Assembly (NCBI GenBank): GCA_964642015.1
Contig: CAZXLF010000007.1
Coordinates: 11,964 to 75,963, forward strand
Source of the DNA: an uncultured Planctomycetia bacterium
Lineage (GTDB): Bacteria > Omnitrophota > Gorgyraeia > 2-02-FULL-51-18
Reading direction: 5' to 3'
DNA: 64,000 nt
Position numbers and translations under genes: made by a program. The notes under the pieces were generated by a model, which was given only the letters and a program-made list of their open reading frames with translations, made no database searches and had not been told where the DNA came from. This document shows positions 58,866-64,000 of the stretch, piece after piece (the stretch's first letter is position 1; each line of letters begins with the position of its first letter).

Positions 58866-60281
58866 CTATGCGGGGAACTTTAAAGTGATCGTCGTGCCCT
58901 TGGCCAGAGCACTATCGATCGTGACATCGCCATTATGAAGTTTCATGATCGACTTCACGATCGCTAAACCCAATCCCATACCTTGAGAGTATTCTGATCT
59001 TGAAGAATCGGCCCTGTAAAAGCGGTTAAAAATTTTAGGCAGATGCTCCGCACTGATCCCGCTGCCATAATCACGAACCTTTAGTTCTACAAAATCTTTC
59101 TTTCCATTTTCAATAAGAATATCGATCTTCGATCCTGGAGAGGAATTCTGAATAGCATTGGACAATAAATTACTCAAAGCGCGGCGGAAAAGACCGAAAT
59201 CCGCCGATAAAGTAGCATTGCCGCTGCATACGAAATGAATGCCTTTTTCCCTTGCGACCGCATCATAATATTCCATGACGACTTCCGTTTCCCTGCGAAT
59301 CTCAGAAATGGTTTTTTCGATGACTGTTTCAGGATTTTCAGCTCTCGCCAAAAACAGCAAACTATCGATCATACGGGAAAGGATCGCGTATTCTTCCAGA
59401 TTAGATTCCAAGACCTCCTGGTAATCCTCGGCGGTCCGCGTTTTTGAAAGAGCCACTTCTGTTTCACCCATAAGCCGGTTGATCGGCGTGCGCAATTCGT
59501 GCGCCAGATCGGCTGAGAACTGGGACAGACGGCCAAATGAATCTTCAAGCCGGCTCAACATCAGATCGAATTCATGCGCCAGACTCGAAAGTTCCCTAGG
59601 CCATTTTTCACGGCCTATCCTTTCATGAAGTTGAGTAGCGGATATCCGTTGAACAGACTGGGTTATTTCTTTCAATGGTTTCAAACCTCCGCGCGCGATC
59701 ACGGCACTGATTATCGACGCCACCAATACTCCCCCGCAGAGAACAAGAAATAGACGTTTCCGGTAATCCGCCAAAAGTATTTCGTCATCAGTAATATCTG
59801 AAGCGAGTTGAAGAAGTCTCTTATCTTTTCCGTCCGTGCCGACATCTGCCCAAGCAGACATCAGAAGATAGGTCGTGCCATTGGGCGCTTTCCATTTGAT
59901 GCCATCGAACGGATATTCGTTCACGCCGAAAGGTTCTGGAAAAGGGACCTGACGATTGATGCCGCTTTTGGCAAGACTTGCCGTTTGGTTCAGGATTTTT
60001 CCATCTTGGTCCAAAACATAAACATAATATTTCAGGAGTTTACTGGCATTGCCTTCCCAGTTGATCTCTTCTTCAAGCGCTCTCGGATCATCAGCGTTTT
60101 CTTTCAGGATCGATCGTAAACCCTGAACTTCGTCAGCTAAGAATTTGTCATCTTGCCTCTCAACATCGGTAGTCAATAAAGCATACAAAGAGATGCCGGA
60201 CATAAAAAGCATCGCGGAAGTTGACAGCGTATAAAAAAGAGTGAGCTTTGAGGTGATGGATAAGGAACGCTTAAAAAACAC
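58866..60281 (-). CDS. sensor histidine kinase (2 TM, HAMP, HisKA, HATPase_c; CusS/QseC-like)
   Basis: The H-box is ADLAHELRTPINRL. N, G1 and G2 boxes are present (LLSNAIQNS; DYGSGI; GMGLGLAI). Confidence 0.88.
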   Translation of the reverse strand: MFFKRSLSITSKLTLFYTLSTSAMLFMSGISLYALLTTDVERQDDKFLADEVQGLRSILKENADDPRALEEEINWEGNASKLLKYYVYVLDQDGKILNQTASLAKSGINRQVPFPEPFGVNEYPFDGIKWKAPNGTTYLLMSAWADVGTDGKDKRLLQLASDITDDEILLADYRKRLFLVLCGGVLVASIISAVIARGGLKPLKEITQSVQRISATQLHERIGREKWPRELSSLAHEFDLMLSRLEDSFGRLSQFSADLAHELRTPINRLMGETEVALSKTRTAEDYQEVLESNLEEYAILSRMIDSLLFLARAENPETVIEKTISEIRRETEVVMEYYDAVAREKGIHFVCSGNATLSADFGLFRRALSNLLSNAIQNSSPGSKIDILIENGKKDFVELKVRDYGSGISAEHLPKIFNRFYRADSSRSEYSQGMGLGLAIVKSIMKLHNGDVTIDSALAKGTTITLKFPA

Positions 60282-60293
60282 AGAATGACTCCG

Positions 60294-60968
60294 TCAATCT
60301 TTATCTTCTAGAACATAACCAATGCCACGCACGGTGTGGATCAGTTTTTTTGTAAAAGGATCATCGACTTTGGAACGGAGCCTGCGCACTGCAACTTCAA
60401 CGACATTGGAATCGCTGTCGAAATTTATATCCCAGACCTGTTCGGCAATCAAAGTTCTCGATAAGATCTCACCTTTACGTCTGGCCAACAAAGAAAGTAA
60501 AAGAAGCTCCTTCTGTGTCAGATCCAGAGGTTTTCCCATGCGCATCGCTTTATGTCTGGAAAAATCTATCGTTAGATCAGCTACTGAAATAGTTTCCAAC
60601 TGTCTCACAGGACCGCGTCTTAAAACAGAACGGATTCTGGCTAAAAACTCAGAAAAAGCGAAAGGTTTTACTAAATAATCATCTGCGCCTAGTTCCAAAC
60701 CTTTGACACGATCCTGAACCGAATCCTTAGCTGTTAAAAACAAAACTGGCGTACTTTTATTTTTACGTTTAATTTCTAAAATGATCGACCAGCCATCTTT
60801 TTCGGGAAGCATCACATCCAGAATGATCAAATCATAATCATTGGTCAACGCCAAATGCAGACCGTCAGTCCCATTATCAGCCACATCGACGGCAAAACCG
60901 TTCTCCGAAAGGCCTTTTTTCAGATACGAAGAGGTTTTTTTATCATCTTCTATGATCAAAATGTGCAT
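60294..60968 (-). CDS. OmpR-family response regulator
   Basis: The receiver domain is MHILIIEDD...ILDVMLP. The C-terminal winged helix includes [17 protein letters not shown]...TVRGIGY. Confidence 0.9.
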   Translation of the reverse strand: MHILIIEDDKKTSSYLKKGLSENGFAVDVADNGTDGLHLALTNDYDLIILDVMLPEKDGWSIILEIKRKNKSTPVLFLTAKDSVQDRVKGLELGADDYLVKPFAFSEFLARIRSVLRRGPVRQLETISVADLTIDFSRHKAMRMGKPLDLTQKELLLLSLLARRKGEILSRTLIAEQVWDINFDSDSNVVEVAVRRLRSKVDDPFTKKLIHTVRGIGYVLEDKD

Positions 60969-61114
60969 AAAAATCCCTTTAAATGCTTAAAACGAAACCG
61001 CTCTTTGAGAGGTTAGCTCTTAGAAGACTAATTGTCAAATCGGGGTCGAAATAGGAATAACGCTGGAAATAGAAACTTTAAATTATCGATAATGCAGAAT
61101 ATTGATATTACCTG

Positions 61115-63256
61115 CTATTGATTTTCAGTAAGTTTTATCGAATTTAATGCTGCCGTACCTTTAGCCGATTTTTGTTCCGTCTTAGGAGTTGTATCGATGG
61201 CGTCGGAAGATAAACTGCCTATGCTTTTCGAAAAAGAATCTTCGGACGCTTGGCCAGATCCCGTTGACACAGCGGTCATTCCCGCAGGTTTCGCAACAGT
61301 AGCCAATGATGCGGTACTTGTAACAGATGCTGAATGTTCTTCCCGCGTATATTCAAATCTTGTCCTGGAAGATTTGATATCAGATGTTTTGCCATTTTTA
61401 CCGATCGCTCTAAATTTAATATCGTAATCCTGATTCGGCACCGGATTGAAATTAAAAGACCACTTTGGAGCAGTTTCTATTTTCTGCCAGGTCGAACCGC
61501 CATCTAAACTCACCTCTAAATGATCCACAGAGGCCGCATCTTTTAAGTTCCCTGTCAACACAATCGGCTTACCCTTGAGATCCTCGAACGACATGCGATG
61601 GGAGACATCTTCAAGATTTTCTCCATCCAGTTTGACCTCTGAAAGCTCGGCAGTGACAGGTTCTTCTGCATGAGGCTGAATACTTTCACTTTGAATACCA
61701 ACAGGCTTCACAGAATCATTTTGTCCGCTCAAATTACCTTGTGGTAATAGATTTTGATTTAACTTACCTTTTAAATCTGAATTAGCCTGAACGGCATTAT
61801 TCTGCATTTGTCCATTATCTTGGATCTGCGGTTTGATCATCTGCGGACCTTGGGGTCCACCACCCTGACCGTTTTGAACCGTGACCAATACGCTGTCTTT
61901 TTCGATAAGCCCCTGCCCATTAAACATTAGCACTTCAAGGAACACGGGGCCGTCTTGCCATTCTGTGGTATCCCAATCTATTTCATAAGGACTGCCTTTT
62001 TGGACATTCTGGCCTATGGCCTTGTTCCCGGCTTGAAATGAAAGATAGGAAAAATCGGCATCGTCCGAAACACTTGCCTTAACTTTCCATGTACTATTAA
62101 CCGGCTGGCCTTTCTGAGGATCGGTGATCGTGACATACTTATTTCCTGGATTATTTGGGATCGTCATCTGAGAAAGTTTGGAACTAGCCTTATCGATCGT
62201 AAATCTAACTTGATCCGGCGGACCAAACATGCCACCGCCATCGTGAAGACCTTGCATTTGCAAAGCATAAGTCCCATCGGGGATATCTTTAGTATTTAAT
62301 TGAGTTGAGATCTTGTTCGAATTTCCTATTACGTTGACTATTTGCACTAGATTGGTCCTAGGAATCGAAACAAATACGCTTTTTATATCACTAAGAAGGA
62401 TCTCTCCGGTCACCGTGAACTTTTCGCCTACAACATCATCTTTCAGCGGACTCGTGATCTTTACAAAAGGACTAGTATTAGGTATTTGCTGATGATTAAC
62501 AATCGTATAAACAATGAAAGCATTTTGATCAATGCCAAAGACATTCGTAGAAATATTACCGGCTCGATCCGTGGCTCTGATCAGCAATGCTTGATCACCA
62601 TCCGGTGCTCGAGTCGTATCGAATATGAGCGGTTCCGGGTGATTTGTATAAACGGTCGCTATTGGAGTATCTTTGTTTGGCATAAGATAAAGTTGCACCG
62701 AATCGATCCCGCTTTCATTGTCCTCGGCAATGTATTTGATCTCTACCTGACCTTTAATAACAGTCCCTGGAGCAGGCCAAGTGACATGAACAGTCGGCGG
62801 CGTATGGTCATTCGGGAACTGATGATTTCTAATGAACACAGCTCCTAAGTGCACATTATCAATTTGCTCGATCACCGGGTTTTGAGGATCTATCGTATCA
62901 TCGCCTATCACTTGAACAGAGATATTGTATTGACCGTCGGGTAATTTTTTAGCGTCCGTGTCCCATTTAAAAACAACAGGATTTGGGACTTGTCCTTGAG
63001 GAATACTTAAAATATCCACGTTGTACCGATTGCCGTTCGCGTCATAGCCCTCGATCGTGCAATGCATGTCCTTGATCCGGGCAAATAACTGATCATCTAG
63101 GACCTTCACAGTAATATCCACAGTACCAGAAACGGTATCTCCATCATGCGGTGAATATTCGTAGAGCGGATCGGCCATCGCAATCTGTGACCCGAAAAAT
63201 AAACTTAAAACTAAAATTGTTAGGCTCGCAATTACGACAACCCGGTTTTTTTTCAT
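61115..63256 (-). CDS. large secreted protein with repeated Ig-like/beta-sandwich segments and a low-complexity Gln/Asn/Gly/Ser-rich C-terminal half
   Basis: A signal peptide is present (MKKNRVVVIASLTILVLSLFFGSQIAMA). Repeated ...DG..Y.... motifs are typical of Big/cadherin-like folds. Residues ~450-700 are low complexity. Confidence 0.6.
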   Translation of the reverse strand: MKKNRVVVIASLTILVLSLFFGSQIAMADPLYEYSPHDGDTVSGTVDITVKVLDDQLFARIKDMHCTIEGYDANGNRYNVDILSIPQGQVPNPVVFKWDTDAKKLPDGQYNISVQVIGDDTIDPQNPVIEQIDNVHLGAVFIRNHQFPNDHTPPTVHVTWPAPGTVIKGQVEIKYIAEDNESGIDSVQLYLMPNKDTPIATVYTNHPEPLIFDTTRAPDGDQALLIRATDRAGNISTNVFGIDQNAFIVYTIVNHQQIPNTSPFVKITSPLKDDVVGEKFTVTGEILLSDIKSVFVSIPRTNLVQIVNVIGNSNKISTQLNTKDIPDGTYALQMQGLHDGGGMFGPPDQVRFTIDKASSKLSQMTIPNNPGNKYVTITDPQKGQPVNSTWKVKASVSDDADFSYLSFQAGNKAIGQNVQKGSPYEIDWDTTEWQDGPVFLEVLMFNGQGLIEKDSVLVTVQNGQGGGPQGPQMIKPQIQDNGQMQNNAVQANSDLKGKLNQNLLPQGNLSGQNDSVKPVGIQSESIQPHAEEPVTAELSEVKLDGENLEDVSHRMSFEDLKGKPIVLTGNLKDAASVDHLEVSLDGGSTWQKIETAPKWSFNFNPVPNQDYDIKFRAIGKNGKTSDIKSSRTRFEYTREEHSASVTSTASLATVAKPAGMTAVSTGSGQASEDSFSKSIGSLSSDAIDTTPKTEQKSAKGTAALNSIKLTENQ

Positions 63257-63399
63257 AGCAAATGCCCTCCAAACTTTTCAAAAATATCTTATGATAAAGC
63301 ATACATTATTTTTTAATAAAATCAATTTAAATATAAAAATGCTTAATTTTGATTAAATAAAAGGCTGTAGGGATAAACCAAAATAATGGCCAAATCTAA

Positions 63400-63858
63400 C
63401 TAAAAAGGAGAGTTTTGTTTGATATCAACAAGCTTGGCTTTTTGTTTGACCTTAAAGATAAATTGAGCATTTCCTTCGCTGGTCTGAAGCTTGCCTGTAC
63501 GCTGATTTAACATTCTTTTCTGCCAATGCGTATTAATGAGGATCTTATCATGGCTTGGTAATGTATTATCCGTCACAATATTAAGATCGATCGTATCAAA
63601 ATTGTTAAATTGGCTCGATATATTCGATTTAAGCTCAAGAGAATTAAAATAAGGTTTATCACTGACCTGCTGAAAAAATCCTTCAATGTCCCTTTCGGTA
63701 TAAGCATACCTCAAAGATTCAAGCGCTTGCCGGGCCCTTTCTTCCATGATAGATGCGGAAGATGACCCATGATCTAAAGCAAAAAGCGGATTGATTGAAT
63801 AAATTAGCAAGAGTAAAAAAACTACGACGGAACTTATCGCGATATATTTTTTATTCAT
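63400..63858 (-). CDS. secreted hypothetical protein
   Basis: A signal peptide runs from the internal Met (MNKKYIAISSVVVFLLLIYSINPLFA). About 150 aa. Confidence 0.5.
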   Translation of the reverse strand: MNKKYIAISSVVVFLLLLIYSINPLFALDHGSSSASIMEERARQALESLRYAYTERDIEGFFQQVSDKPYFNSLELKSNISSQFNNFDTIDLNIVTDNTLPSHDKILINTHWQKRMLNQRTGKLQTSEGNAQFIFKVKQKAKLVDIKQNSPF

Positions 63859-63860
63859 AT

Positions 63861-64000
63861 TTAAAATTTCCATAGTAATTGTGCCTGTAAATTATTCTCC
63901 GAAAAACGCTCAGTATCCAGATCATGTCTTAGGTCCACCATTTGATAGTTAAGTTTCAGCGTCAAATCTTCTTTGACCGGTATTTTATAATCCATCCCGA
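63861..64000 (-). CDS. outer-membrane beta-barrel protein, C-terminal fragment (continues beyond the window)
   Basis: The minus-strand frame reads ...KIPVKEDLTLKLNYQMVDLRHDLDTERFSENNLQAQLLWKF then stop. It alternates hydrophobic residues and ends in a terminal Phe, as OMP C-termini do. Confidence 0.55.
   Translation of the reverse strand, partial: GMDYKIPVKEDLTLKLNYQMVDLRHDLDTERFSENNLQAQLLWKF

Noticed and set aside
60969-61114. A possible small RNA or riboswitch in the 146-bp gap upstream of the response regulator.
   Set aside because: It contains only a plausible sigma-70 promoter (TTGACA...) and a weak 4-bp hairpin, and has no extended structure.
1-64000. A search for CRISPR arrays, tRNA/rRNA genes, integrases, transposases or phage genes that would mark a mobile island.
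   Set aside because: There are no regularly spaced direct repeats, no cloverleaf-capable 70-90-nt segments in the intergenic gaps, and no recombinase- or transposase-like ORFs. The region looks like core chromosome with a few accessory envelope genes.

Overview
This is a gene-dense chromosomal segment (about 45% GC) from a diderm bacterium of uncertain affiliation. The diderm call rests on a type Va autotransporter, a TolC-MacAB efflux set, an LTXXQ/ECF-sigma envelope-stress module and an outer-membrane beta-barrel tail. About 60 of roughly 65 genes lie on the minus strand.

Housekeeping blocks are mostly syntenic with known operons: xseA-xseB-ispA-dxs, rny-ymdB, tex, tatC, purU, ppc and msrB.

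The most unusual region is a sulfur-assimilation supercluster at about 24.2-34.4 kb, transcribed on the minus strand in the order cysD, cysN, APS reductase, ABC ATPase, JAMM/MPN protease, ThiS-like carrier with a C-terminal tail beyond Gly-Gly, cysK, ABC permease, sulfonate-type binding protein, zinc-ribbon threonine-synthase-family enzyme, MoaD-like carrier fused to a NIL domain, two small envelope proteins, and an Rrf2 (CymR-like) regulator. I read this as protein-thiocarboxylate-dependent cysteine synthesis (CysO/Mec+/CysM-like) and probably homocysteine synthesis (MetM/MetO-like). The internal Gly-Gly of the MoaD-NIL fusion would need ubiquitin-fusion-style processing, presumably by the adjacent JAMM protease. 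No E1-like activating enzyme or sulfite reductase is in the window. A GC-rich, heavily structured 148-nt leader sits immediately upstream of the MoaD-NIL gene.

Other notable items:
- a single-chain alpha-beta-gamma 2-oxoacid:ferredoxin oxidoreductase with no ferredoxin domain;
- a candidate 6S RNA locus upstream of the 5-formyl-THF cyclo-ligase gene;
- an HTTM-DCC fusion translationally coupled to an unknown upstream ORF;
- a methyltransferase / FemAB-like GNAT / esterase / PAP2 block;
- a FabG/FabZ/acyltransferase/SDR/GT2 block at the left edge;
- a glycine-zipper protein with an internal tandem duplication.

I found no rRNA, tRNA, CRISPR array, integrase or transposase.
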